In this document: piece by piece, positions 1 through 12,669 of the stretch
How positions within the stretch are numbered: the first letter of the stretch is position 1
How the letters are laid out: the number at the start of each line of letters is the position of its first letter
Source: Dimorphilus gyrociliatus
Taxonomy: Eukaryota; Animalia; Annelida
Direction of reading: 5' to 3'
Length of the DNA stretch: 51,622 bases
Assembly (NCBI GenBank): GCA_904063045.1
Contig: CAJFCJ010000064.1
Location: forward strand, 166,036-217,657
Translations under genes and position numbers: made by a program
Notes under the pieces: generated by a model
Seen by the model: only the letters and a program-made list of their open reading frames with translations
The model's database searches: none
What the model was told of the DNA's origin: nothing

Positions 1-3000
1 TGTGAGCCAAATGTTACTTTTAAAGGTTTTTACACTATTCAATTTGTAAGTGGAAAATTCAGTCCTATAGTTGAAAAATAGCATTCTAAAGGCGAGAAAT
101 AGAAATATCTTCTCTATCCCAAGATAAATTTTATCTTTGATTCATAAACCAGTTTATCAAACCATAAGGTTTACCAAATAATTAGACATGCTCTTTCCCT
201 CCCTTATGATGTTCTCTCCTAGGGACAGTTTTTCCCAATTTCATTAGAAGACAGTAATTAAAAAATAATTTGAAATTTCAAAATTGCCCTCAGAGAATAG
301 TCTCAGACTGAGTAATCCAACTTTAAATCATTATCCAAATAAAAATGTTACAAATGAGCAAAAGGTATTTGGATAGCCACAAGTGTTTGCAAGTGGAATT
401 TGGAGAAATGTAGACATTTTTCTATTGACATATAAAATTCCAATTCTGATTTGCAAAGAATTTGGATTTGAAAATGGATATATAGATATTTTAACAAAAG
501 CTATAACCCATAAGATGCATATGGATGCTTCAATGAGTATTAATTGTAATTCAACAAGTCAATATATAAGTGATTGTAAATTTCTTCTTTTTTTGAATAA
601 AAAGTTAATAAATTTTAAAAATTGAGCTATATATAGTTTATGTATATATCTATATATATATATAAACAAAACAGATCATATGGATGGAAATATTCACATG
701 TATCACAGGCATTTGCTGTCTATTGCTCAAATACAAGAGTAATTGGTCAAGTATTTAACTTCTCTTCTCAAATATCAAACATTAATTATAAAATATATTC
801 TTTTAGATTGTCCAAATGATGATTCCGTCAGGATTTCATTTATTTGTTACACACTTTTTAAAAATTCCAAACTTTTGTCTCCAATAACAATGAGAAAAAA
901 ATGCTCTGAAAAAAATTTAACACTCATTGATGAATCTTTCAGAGGATTTACGGATGTTTATATGTTTCTAAATTATAATTTTTTGGAGAAAATAAGCATA
1001 AAAGACCTTAGAGATCTTGGAAAACACATGTTCTTTACTGGTAATACCATAATTAAACAAACTCTAACCACAAATTAAGAGAAGGATTTTTACAGTTAAT
1101 AATAGGTTAAATGAAATGTCATACAATATAAGGTCTATCAGAACTGCATCTAATCTTCCATTTGATTACACATCTAATTTAATGATGAGATCGAAAACTG
1201 GTGATATAAAAATTTATTTTATTCACAAATGTAACATTTTTCTAAAAATATGTAATACAGTAAACTCACCTTACTATAGAGGAAATATAGAGTGATTACA
1301 GAAATTTTTCATGACCTTGGCTTTTTTAGGGTTAGGGTTAATTTTAAGGGTAACCACAAGTAATGCAAATGCTACGTCTAGTATTTTTCTGCCTGTCGCG
1401 TTCACTGGGTACTTTTCATAGACTGCTCCCAGATCAAAAATTTTATAAAAGGGATATAAAAAACGATTGCTTCAACAACTATGGTAGGGAATTTTGTGTA
1501 CTTAGCTAATAGCTAGCTGTTTAACTGGATGAAATAAATAATATCTGAAAATTGCATACGAAACTAGACAAACTTTTCTACAAAATGGTAAAATTTTACC
1601 ATGGAAAAGAGGATGTGACAGAAAACGTTCATGACTTCCTGGTTTCACCCTAAACTTATCCCTAAACGTTATATACCTCATTTTACGTTCCCTAATCTTT
1701 GGTTTAAGATTCACCTAATTATAAATCAATGGATATTTTACTTTTCCAAACCCATTTTCAACCCAAACATAATCTCTGAGGTTTCCCAAAAGTGAACGTT
1801 TTTTGTCGACCCCTGGAAAAGACCAATGATTACCCTTGAAATTAAGCCTAACCCTAAAAAAAAAACAAATATCATGAAAGATTTCTGTAACCACTGTAAA
1901 CAGGGACATATCTCTTTTGAATCCATATGATCTTTGTTATGTATTTTTTGAGAATGAGAAGAATATTATATTCAGGATAACAGGAATTTCAATTTACAAG
2001 AAATCAGTTTCATGCATACCTGTGTCTACAAAATATTTCGTTTGTCAAAATATTCTTAGTATAGCATATTATTATTAATTTGTATGAATTATTTGTAATA
2101 ATCATATGGTTTTTTAAAATTAAAGATATAAATAGAAATTTGTCTGAGGCATTCAGTCAAAATTTATTTAGATGTTCAAAAAGTAGCTTTCACTGCTTAT
2201 TAGAGGATGTTTGCATAAACCATTTACAAGTGTGTGACAACCACAATGACTGCTCTCTTGGTGAAGATGAACAAAATTGTGCAATTCCTTTCAACTTTAA
2301 ATGTTTAAGCTGGAATCAAGAAATTCCAATCCATCAAATCTGCAACTATAAAAAAGATTGTGCAGATGGTTCTGATGAAAAATTTTGTTTCTCTTGTAAT
2401 AGCTTTACTTTTTCATTTTTTAATTTATGTAACTAATGTTAAGAATAACAAAAAATTTATAGCTGATTCTACTGAAGCAAACTTATTGAAGAGGTAATCT
2501 CATCAAATTAAGTATTGCCCTTTACCAAAAGTACCAGATGCTTTTAAACGTTTAGATGTGATGAATGGAAATATTTGGACAAAGGAAAATTTTGTGATAA
2601 TGAGTACAACTGCTTCGATAGAAGTGACGAAGATTGTATTACTTATCGGAATCATAATGAAAACAGAACTGGAAGTAATATGACAGTCAAATAAAAATTC
2701 ATGGTTTTTAATTTAATGAAGAATTTCAAACAGACTGTAGATCTGACACCCAATTGCAATGTGTAGACTATTGTTTACCACTGCACATGAATTGTGATAA
2801 TCTTGCCCAATGTGAAGATATTTCTGATGAAAAAGCCATTTGTGGGGAGTTTATTCGTGAACTCCAAAGGTATCTTGATATTTGATTTGTTGAATTGTAA
2901 AACACCTGACATAAAATTAGAACAGGAAAATCAAAGGCTATTGTTCTACCCTCGAATGACACCAGATGCAACTTGATTTATAATTCTGTGGGATATATGG

Positions 3001-5038
3001 AAACAAAAGTTCATTTTCCATCCTTTCCAAATGGAGTACATAATTGTAAAGAGAAATCCTGTCCTGGTTCATTTCTATGTTTGGAATATAGATTTTGTAT
3101 TCCAATAGAAAATGTTTGTGATGGAATCAATCACTGTTGGAGCAATGAGGATGAATTTAATTGCGGTAGACTTAAGAATATTGCTACGATTCTGTCTCTT
3201 CACTTTTCTTTCTTTCAGATAATTTTTATCCAAAGGGATATTTTAAATGCAGAATAGAAAACAAATTTATAAACAATAGTAAGGTTTGTGATGGAATTAT
3301 TCATTGTAAATATGGAAATGATGAAATATTCTGCCCTGAGAATACTATAACTTGCCCAAGCAGTTGTAAATGTTTCCCAGTGTACTTTTGGAACTGCTCA
3401 GATTATTTTGAATTTACAACTTTCCTGAGAGAAGACAAATTAAGCTTGTTGAGATACTTAAAAATTGAAAAATTTAGAGATGAAGAAGAAAATTCCCTTC
3501 ATTCTATGCATTTAGTTTATTTATCTGTAGTGAAGAGTAACATTTTAGGATGGCCTGTTGGCTTTTTTACTCCAAATCTAGTCTATTTAATATTAAAAAA
3601 TAACAAGATAGAAAATCTAAAGTCATTTGAAAAGAGTCAGATTGGACAACTTCTTCAATACCTGGACATGTCTCATAACCCTCTAAATAATCTATATTAT
3701 TATGTATCATTAAAAGTCTTGTTATATTTAGATATTTCATATACAAATCTACGTCATTTAAAGACTATATGGTTTAAGGGAATGAAAAACTTGAAAATTT
3801 TAAAATTTACAAATTGTCACTTAAAAAATGTTGAAGAAAATGCATTTTACCAAATATCTAACTTGCAACAATTATATTTAAATTTTACTATCTTACCTTC
3901 AAAGGAGTATCTTCTTATTACTCATCTGACACATTTACAAATTTTACATAGTGAATATTTTTCATTGTGCTGCTATTTGTTTTCAAGGATCAATTCAGTA
4001 GGACAGTGCTCTCCCTCAAAAGCAATCTATAGCTCATGTTCAGATTTATTGGGCAAAAATTATATTAGATCTATGTATTGGATAATCGGATTAACTGGAG
4101 TATTTGGGAATATAGCGTCAATTTGTTTTAGATTGAAATCTTTTTTCAGACCTTCACACATTTTCTATTTGTTGTTATCAATTTCTGATTTATTTACATC
4201 CTTTTATCTATTGCTAATTGCTCTAGTAGACCAACATTATAAAGGTGAATTTTTCAAGCACATAATAGAGTGGACATCTGGTCATTCTTGCAAAATTGTT
4301 GGGTCTTTAATCAATTTTTCTTTGACCTTTTCAATGATAAACTTGTTATTACTAACCATTGAACGATATTGCGCAATAATGACAAATATTCAAAAGTTTA
4401 AAAAGAAGGAAGTGGCTTCATTAGTACTGTCAAGTTTTCTTGTGTGCGCTGTTTTAGCAGCATTCCCAGTTATTTATTATAAAGTAATATCTTAATAAAT
4501 AGCCACAAGGTTAAAAAATTTACTTTGCTCAATATTCAGGATTATTTCTCATCAATACCAATTTGCTTTAAACTTTATATTAGAAGTGAAGATACTGATG
4601 GATCTTATTATTCATTTCTTGTGTTTACATTGCCAAACCTAATAATAATTATAATAATTTCCATACTGTATTTGAAAATTATTTTGAAAGTAAAAAGAAA
4701 TGAAAACTCCTTAAAAGGTTCAAAAAATATTAGCATTAATATATCGGCTGCAATCTACCTGATAATTGCAACAAATTGTCTCTCATGGCTTCCAATAGTG
4801 CTACTTGGTTAGTGTATTTTTTATCGTAGAATAATATCATTCCATTTTCCTAAATGTAAAACTGTAAACAGGTCTATTTTCATCATTCATACAAATTTCA
4901 ATTGATAATTTTGTATATATTGTGCTAATTGTCACCTTAATTCCAATTAATTCAACACTAAATCCATATTTCTTTTCTGTGTCTGAGTTCTGTTCAGTGA
5001 GAAAGAAACAAAAGAGGAAGTATGCTATTAAAAAGTAA
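1..5038 (+). CDS. GRL101-like LDLa-LRR-7TM receptor, multi-exon, 5'-partial (SRCR-like and C-lectin-like modules, at least 6 LDLa repeats, LRRs, 7TM)
   Basis: SRCR-like exon 383-625 (FASGIWRNV...ICKEFGF). LDLa repeats (CDNHNDCSLGEDEQNC, CNYKKDCADGSDEKFC, CDNEYNCFDRSDEDC, CDNLAQCEDISDE, CDGINHCWSNEDEFNC, CDGIIHCKYGNDE). LRRs in 3380-4495, hinge SLCC...SSCSDLL, TM1 (WIIGLTGVFGN), TM3 (LLTIERY), TM6 (IATNCLSWLP), last exon TM7 IPINSTLNPYFF ending TAA 5036-5038. An apparent extra T near 4875 and a stop near 2545 mean it may be disrupted or mis-assembled. Confidence 0.85.
1290..1896. mobile_element. Tc1/mariner-type MITE inside a receptor intron, ~65-bp imperfect TIRs containing TTAGGG
   Basis: Left end gagtgattacagaaatttttcatga...ttagggttagggttaattttaagggtaacc mirrors right end gattacccttgaaattaagcctaaccctaa...tcatgaaagatttctgtaaccactg. 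TA flanks at 1288-1289 and 1897-1898. No coding capacity. Confidence 0.7.
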
Positions 5039-5215
5039 GATTTTTGAAAGAAAATAATAAGAAATATGTTCGTGATAAAAATTTTTACGAAGTAATAAAA
5101 AATAGGTTAGATGAAATGACTTCTACATTGAAATCTATCAGAGAAAAATGTAATTTGGTTTATTAATAATTTACATCTTATCTCACATCTTTATTTTTGT
5201 TTTACTTTTCTAGGT

Positions 5216-5625
5216 ATGACATTATTTAAGGATCCAGGACCACAGTATTTGTTTTTTGGACCTGTACCTAATAGGCCTAAGTTAATAATTGACAAATGGT
5301 TCTTTGAAAAACAATTATATTTTATCTGTATTATGAATATTGTAAAGGCCGTCCGTTATGCACATATTACTGAGTTTACTTTTAATGGAAAGCTTAATGT
5401 TGAAAATATAGTTATGCAGGTAAAACTGAAAGATTATGCTATTGAAAATTTCATCTAATCATTTATCTAACTATTTTTCAAATAGGAAGGAAAGACAGTA
5501 ACAGAGTGGATATTTTTTCTCCATCCAAAAGAATTTGAATCTGCTAATGATTCTCTAATGGCTAGCGATATATACTCATTGGGAATATTGATAAAAACTA
5601 TATTGCAGAGAAAAATAAAATACCT
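5216..5625 (+). pseudogene. Degenerate kinase-like domain fragment (resembles receptor guanylyl cyclase kinase-homology domain)
   Basis: CIMNIVKAVRYAH...NGKLNVENIVMQVKLKDYAI (subdomains VI-VII-like), then FLHPKEF...SDIYSLGILI (VIII-IX-like) at about 5500-5620. Confidence 0.5.
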
Positions 5626-5809
5626 TAAATGATATGTGCACACCTACAATCACCAGAGATAGCTTTACGAACCGGCTAGGTTAACCCTAACCCTAACCCT
5701 TCTCGTACAGGTTGTCCTTGTAGCTCTACTTTGACAACTTCCAATTACATGATGAATTCGTAATGAAAAGAATAATTTCTTGTATATGTATTAATATTCT
5801 CTGAAAAAT

Positions 5810-6330
5810 TATTACTTACTATACCAGCTGTGAGCAATCATTATCAAAAGAATCGAACTTGCAGCTTTTTTCCTGCATTCTTCTTCAGATAACGTGACAA
5901 TAAGTTTTCAACTCTGTTTCTTTGTATCAAAAAAGTAATATGAGTAATAATTTCCTCTTTTCTTTATCGTATATTTCACTGCTTCAACCTCTAAATCAGC
6001 TATACTCATTTCATACACATTAGCTAGGATTTGTATGATCGGTTTTTAGAATACTTGACATTCAGGTTCATCACCTAAATCAAAAGCTTTTTGTACTTGC
6101 TGTCCATTGCAGTACTGGACAGTTGGTAAAAATTCCAGAATGATGCTAGCATCAAGTTATAATTAAGTATCATCATTTTTAGTTAGTACTTCTCTAATTG
6201 GAAATAAGCCACATGAAATTGATCTATTGCCCATGTCTAACTGCTATGTTTCTTATGTGATTATTGTCAGCCTGAGTTGTGTCACATGATGTAATTTTCT
6301 TCTACCACCTTCATATTCTATTTCCTTGTT
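5810..6330 (-). pseudogene. Degraded gypsy integrase C-terminus/envelope N-terminus, diverged relative of 28274-31876
   Basis: Minus-strand translation gives EIEYEGGRRKLHHVTQLRL (cf. ELEILNGKRKFYHASRLRL) and ILPTVQYCNGQQVQKAFDLGDEPEC...ILANVYEM...EAVK (cf. MLPSVQFCQGQQVHQSFDLADEPIC), with stops and frameshifts. Confidence 0.75.
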
Positions 6331-6777
6331 TGAGCTCTAGGTATGTTTGATCATTCTGACTGAAAACTTCTTTCTACCTTTGTTATTAGTTCGCTTATGT
6401 TCTGCTTGTTTTCTGAGTAGTTTGTTATGGAATTTTATTTCAAGTAAGGGCAGCATCTTCACATATCGCCTAATATTCGTATAGATCTATCATTGTTTAT
6501 TTATTATTGTTAATATGGATATTTTTAAAATGTGCATTGATTGTTTTAATAGGTCATTGAGCATTTCAACAACCTCAGTTTTGAACAATAGTCTCTTAAA
6601 ATTTATTATTATTTTTGCAATTTTTCCAAGTGAAAGTAAATCTCTTTGCTTGCTTTGATCATTTGCATATGAAATGGAATTACATTTTAGTTTGTTCTTT
6701 CTTAGTCCAAATTCATTTTTCCATTTGTTAAAAAAAACAATTAAAATTTAGAGAGAATATCTCATGAGTTTTATTAT

Positions 6778-7310
6778 TGTGCACTTAGAAATAATAACAT
6801 AATGATATTTTGACTTTAGATACAATATAACTTTAGAGAGGCTTTTATTTTGTAGGAATTGTAATGGTGGAAGCTTAGAAAAAGTGTTATTTCACAGGAA
6901 TAGTAACTGTAGAGCTTTAGAAAGACTTTTATTTAGTAGAATTAGATTCTAGAACTCTAAAAAGACCTTTTTTTCGTAGGAAATAGATTCTTTGACCATA
7001 ACAGATGGTGCCACTATGGAATTAACAAAGAAACAAACAATATAGAAAATATGCAAGTCAAACTTGTTACATCTTACTCAAAAAGAGATGCGGAAGAGGC
7101 AGGTTTCTTTTTGCAGTGCCACAAGTTAGCCATAAGTGATGTAATAGTTTTTTCATGTTTGTTGGTCTTCTTCCATCATAAAAGTTTCTTTTGAGTAGTT
7201 GAGTATATTGGCTAGATATTTTATTTATTGGGTTTAAGAGTTTTAACTCACTATTTTTATCTATTCATTGCTACAACAGATATCACACTCTGTACTCTTT
7301 TATGTATATT
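6778..7310 (+). mobile_element. Partial LTR, family 2 (U3 portion)
   Basis: Starts TGTGCACTTAGA like the reverse complement of the ends at 18867 and 43588. Shares the ~40-bp tandem ttagaaagacttttatt units and the acagatggtg...aattaacaaag block. Confidence 0.7.
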
Positions 7311-7324
7311 TAACAGTTGAATGG

Positions 7325-7649
7325 TTAAATTCTTCCCAGGTCCTTGGGTCCAGATGGGAATGCTCAGAATGAAAATAGTGAGAATTGTATACTTTGAGGT
7401 TTGTCTCTGATATGCAATCATCACTTTACAGTTGCCGAAATGTGTAGTTCATATTTATGTTTAGTAAGAGGATGTTACAAGGTTCAACATTTAGGAAGGT
7501 TAATTGAATTATAACTTGGCCAAACCTTAACTGGTAATTAAAGATGAACCTGACATGTTGTAGCATTTGCTTGTGTAGTATTGAGAGGTACATGTATAAG
7601 TTGCATAAAGTAATATACTTCAAGCATAAAATATAACCAAAGTTGTACA
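7325..7649 (-). mobile_element. Partial LTR, family 3
   Basis: Reverse complement aligns with 17206-17555 (TGTACAA start, aagttataattcaattaaccttcctaaatgttgaaccttgtaacatcc, ctggacccaaggacctggga). Confidence 0.75.
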
Positions 7650-7732
7650 GTAATGTAATAAGTTGGAACCAGTCCAAAAGTTAACAATAATTAAGTTTGA
7701 CCTTTTGATAGCTGGCCTCATGGAATATTTCT

Positions 7733-7984
7733 CTAATACAAAAAAAAATATGCTATTTTTTTATAGCTATTTTTACCAATGATATATTTTCCAAGACATT
7801 TTACTTGTACAATTCTATTGAAAGAGATAAGAGGTAGTATATACCTGAAATGTTTAGAAAGTGCAGTAACGTTTTTGAAATCATCCATTGAGTAAATATA
7901 TGGATTAATCATTAAATTTAATGGCGCAAGCAAAGAAATTATTATTAAATATATATCATTATTAAAAACGACTTGAATAAACAT
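7733..7984 (-). pseudogene. Isolated GPCR TM7-like exon (GRL101-like family)
   Basis: IIISLLAPLNLMINPYIYS resembles the TM7 NPxxY motif and the last exon of the receptor at 4870-5038. No convincing upstream TM exons found. Confidence 0.45.
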
Positions 7985-8379
7985 TGATATTATTGCTAAA
8001 AAATAATTAGTCAGTCACTTTTTCTGTTGCTCATTTCTTATTTACCAAGTTAAAACACACTTGGTTTACATAAAATATTCCCTTTAAATTCTTTTTTTTT
8101 CTTATAATAATAAGAAACGAAGCAGATTCTTCTGGCATTTATTTTCATGATATCAAAGAAGAAGAAAGCATACAGACTAGTATAAAGGGTCTGGTTGAAA
8201 ACGACCATAAATGAAATATTTGAAAGTCAGATTTCAGTCTCGAAAGGACTAGGAGAATGAGTAGCTTTCCATGAAAGGTTACGGTTAGGGCTAAACAATA
8301 GATTTATGGCCGTTTTCTAATAAAATCTGTCAACAAACATTTCATCAAACCTTTAAATTTCATCATATTATTTAGGTTA

Positions 8380-8800
8380 TTCAAACCATTACAAATTATT
8401 CAAAACCAGAAGAGCTCTTTGCTGATTTTGACTTAAGGACTACTTTATCATCTGTTTATCCAAATGTACCAATTCAAGGTTGTGTTTTCTATAGGACACA
8501 ATCAGTTTTCAGAAAAATCCGATTAATATATGTTAATATATATTTAAATTATAAAATAATTCCATGTTTTTAGAATTTAACATACGCGACTGATTATAAA
8601 ACTAGCAAATCCTCTAAAAATATGATGAGAAAGTTATTGGCATTCCCTTTTCTTTCTTCTCAAGTAATGATATTTTTTCATCTTTAAAAGAAGAAGCTTT
8701 GGAGAAAAATTTCTATAAAAATTTGTATGAATACATTAAAAATGCTTGGGTTATATATTCTATTTGGATTCCAGAGAGCTGGTCTATAATAGAAAAAGTG
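8380..8800 (+). pseudogene. MULE transposase remnant
   Basis: KPEELFADFD...SSVYPNVPIQGCVFYRTQSVFRKI and MMRKLLAFPFL...WIPESWSI match the transposase at 37660-38367. Confidence 0.7.
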
Positions 8801-10029
8801 ATTTTTAAGAACAAGCAACTGACTTGCAATTGGTGTACACTTAAAAATATTGCATAGTAATGTGCTGGAAGAAAAATTCTCTTAAATTATCAACTCAGGT
8901 TAGATATGCTGAGATGGTCATCAATGTTTCTTTTATAGAAAACTTGAACAAGAAAATACTGTTATTCTCAATAAATCACTTTTTTCACAGAAGATAGAAC
9001 CAAAATCTTCCTCTACCATATAATATTGTACAACTTTCTAATATTTTATGCTGATACTACATAATTATATAAAACTTATACATGTATCTCTTAAAAAACC
9101 TATGTAGGTTATTGAGTAATATAAAAAAAAATTTAAATTATTTTGAGTTACAACTGGAGATTCCTACATTTACTGTTCTGAACTTCAGTTTGTTTTAGAT
9201 TCTTACTATAAAATCATAGACTTAACTCAATACTATTTAATACGAATGCTAAACAATAGCATTGTACTCGAATGAGCAGCCATTTTGTTTTTTTTTATTA
9301 AATTTATTAATTTTGTTGCTGTAACCATTGTTTTTAACTTGAAACTAAATGATTTTTGCAAAACCTTATCTTTATTAGGCCATTGTGTTATGTTTACTCT
9401 CTAATAATTTCTATTTTTTGGGGCCAGGATATTTTCCATAACCCTTCCCTTTCTTTTATATTAGAATTATCTGCACTCATTTGATTATTACCAGTTAATT
9501 TTTTTTTGAAAAGGGGTATATCTAAAACATATACTTCAGAAAAATATGACAATAATAAATAGTATAGCTCCCGTTCTTATGTGATTTATGGTATTTATTT
9601 ATGTTATTTTAATTAAAAGACATTTTAAAACAGGAATCTAGTTTTATTCCAGTGGTAGAGAAACTTCTATCAGAAGAAAAGTGTGATCTAGATGCAGAAC
9701 CAAATAATTTCAGTATGGGATGAATATAAATTGAGAATGATCGCATCTTTTTCCCCTTCTAGGACATTTTTTCACATCTTTTGGACATCTCTTCCAGTTG
9801 CAGGAAAAAATGTCCACTGGACATCCATCCAGGTATCTTTTTTAAAGTTCTATGTTCTTTTACCAATTATATAGCAGGTTCATCCATTAAAGAAAGTTCT
9901 GAAATTCACATTCTATGAAATAAAAGTTTTTCCGAAATTCCGTCATTCTAATTTTATTTCTAAGTGTATAGTAAGGAAAATAAATTAAGGTTCAAAAGGA
10001 GGGAAACACATCATTTTTTTAGTTTTTAA

Positions 10030-10880
10030 TCAGACATTAACAATAATGAAAAAATCTCTATTTAAAGATTGTAGTTTTGATTGAAAAAATATGAAATGAA
10101 TGTGGAAACAATTATTAGGGTGACAATTACATTGAAAAAAACAAGAATCCATCATATCAATTTCAGAGTAGTAGCCATCAGTAGTATTCAATAGCCTACA
10201 TTCTTCTAAATTCATTTTTGAATATGTATACATTTTTACTGCATCATTAAGACATGATTTTAAAAGTGATACACCTTTTAATTTTATTATAATACTATTA
10301 GCTTTGAATTTTGCAATACCAAGTGTATGAGTAGTTTTAACAGAACAAGCATCATCATTATCATTTGTGGTATATCTTTGAACTGTAGAATTCAAAGTAG
10401 TAATTACCCAATTAACATAAATTTTATCTTGTAAAGCAGAGGAAGAGCCGAACACTTCAACTTCACATATAGAGAGAATGTTTGACCCTTCTTCAACATA
10501 TTTATACAGTGCTATATATTGACCAATTGTAGATTTTTCACATCTTCTAGTGATATAAGATGAAGCTGTTTCAATTTTATTGCAAAGTTTTTCTGGTGTC
10601 CAAGGAGGATCAGAATTACTACTTGATACAAGTATTTTTACAAAATTTAAACGGTGTACAAAATTTGCTCTAGTAACAATAGATACGGCGTATAACTCAC
10701 TTTCACTTTCCAAATTTATCATCCACCAACTTGGAAATAAGCTCCTTGTTTCTCCACATTTTAATGTCCTTCCAGAACTACTTTGACCATCATTTATAGA
10801 CATTAAACTCCAACCAGATTTACCAGAGAAATCAACTTTATTTCTATCAAGATCGCTCTTGATAATGTAATAATAGCTGT
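10030..10880 (-). CDS. Fucolectin/F5-8 type C (FTP) domain exon followed by a Cys-rich segment; 5' exons not found
   Basis: SINDG...CGET...SWWMINL...VSIVTR...RRC...GQYIAL...LSICEVEVFG is the FTP/discoidin-like pattern. The frame is open upstream to a probable AG acceptor near 10880; an LTR begins at 10971. Confidence 0.7.
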
Positions 10881-10970
10881 CTATATTTCAATTGCAGCCC
10901 TTTATTTGACAAAGAAAGAAGTTTCTATTGATTGTACATAATGAACTGCAATGTTTTATTCTATCGATAA

Positions 10971-12660
10971 TGTACTACTCTTGCTATGCCAATTTATAAG
11001 TTTGCAAGTCACAGGAGTACTGGTTCTACTCAAACTTTTAAACAAATGTCTAAATTTTAAATAATTTATTTAATGTAGAATACTTAAGCAAATAACAATA
11101 TCAAAGTTCAAAAGCAGAGCAGATTGTTTGTAATAGCAGGTCACCAAATTACTATACTGTCTTCCTGTGTTGAGGAGTAGAAAGCTTATTACGGTGAAGG
11201 TTGTTTATAGAAGATATTCTAGGATGGTTAGGTTGGGAGGTGATGATTTGAATGAAAACAGTGAGGGTAAGTACTGAAAGTACTATACATTTTGTTTTTT
11301 TTTTAAATATTTAACTTATTTTAATAACTTTTTTTATATTATAGCCTATAGTCTACTCTAGAAAAATTAACTATTTTATTCCTTAATATTCCCCCCATTG
11401 TGTATACATGTCTGCCATTTGGATGGAAGCAGATCTATCCCATTCAAATAAAAGGAGTATGGTTTTCTCCTCAAAAATTCCCTAATGTCTTTTTTTAGCT
11501 CATCCAAATTTTCATAATCAACTCCCCTGATATGATCTTTCAGTTGTCCAAACAAGTAAAAATCAGATAGGTCTAAATCAGGGCTATATGGGGGATGTGT
11601 ACAGACTGGTATGGGGTCTCACATTATCATGCTGTAAAATAATCTGTTTTCCAGTCCTTATCCTATTTAGTCTCCTCCTCAGCCTTTTTAGGGTCTCCAA
11701 ATAGTATATGGAGTTGACTGTTTCACCATAATCCATAAATTAAACATGGATTAAACTGTACACCTCAGCTTTTCAGCTAATTTAGTAAATTTTAGCTTTT
11801 TTTTCAGGTGGACATGATGTGTGTTTGTAGGTTAGAGAAGCCCTCTTTGATTCAGGATCATAGAGATGAACCCAAGATTCATCTCCAGTTACTATTTTTT
11901 CCAAAAATGCTTCTTTTTCTGCCATGTATCTATCAAGTAGTTCAATGCAATGGCTCACCCTTACCTCTTCATCATCCTGATAAAGGTCATAGGGGATCCA
12001 TTTAGTACAAATTTTTCTGTTGCCCAGCTCCTTAATCATCTTCCCAACTGCCTCTTGACTAAAATCTAATTTTTTGCCAATTGCTCTCTGAGATGTGGTT
12101 TAGTCTTTCCTGATAAGCCTGTCAACTGCTTCGTTATTCTGATCTGATACAGCTGTCTTTGGATGACCAGATCTTGACAATTTTCAAGATTGTTTCTTCC
12201 TTGTTTTATTTTAATAGCCCATCTTCTTACTGAACCTGTACTCAAAGTTTCATCTCAAAAATAGCTTTTTAACCTTGCGTGAATATTCTTTGAAGAGGCC
12301 TCCTCATGGACTAAGAATGCAATAACTTTTTGCTGATCAGAACATTTAGATATGATTTGTTGTTGCTTGCACCAAAATAGTTTTGTAATGGCTTGACAGA
12401 AGCTAATGAAAGTTTACAGATTAAGTAATATATTTGGAAAGTATCAATAGTATTAGTGAGGGTGGGTATGATACTTTAAGATCATACCTAATATACCTTG
12501 AGGTTTGCCTCTGATATCTAATCATCACTTTACAATTGCCGAACTGTCTAGTTCAAATTTATCTTTAGAAACAGGATGTTATAAGGTTCAACACTTAGGA
12601 AGGCTACTTGAATTATAACTTGGCCAAACCTTAACTGGTATTTAAAGATAAACCTTAAGG
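10971..12660 (-). mobile_element. LTR family 3 copy split by a mariner insertion (LTR parts about 10971-11268 and 12490-12660)
   Basis: 10971-11268 is the reverse complement of the 3' half of 17206-17795 (same GTACA end). 12490-12660 continues the same LTR after the mariner. Confidence 0.7.
11378..12350 (-). mobile_element. Mariner (DD34D-type) transposase pseudogene
   Basis: HTH region (IHARLK...VRRW), KWIP (WVPHEL-like), IVTGDESW, LQHDNVRPH, HPPYSPDLDLSDFYLF, KWQTCIHNGG*. Frameshifts and stops present. TIRs not confidently located. Confidence 0.9.
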
Positions 12661-12669
12661 ATAACTAAC

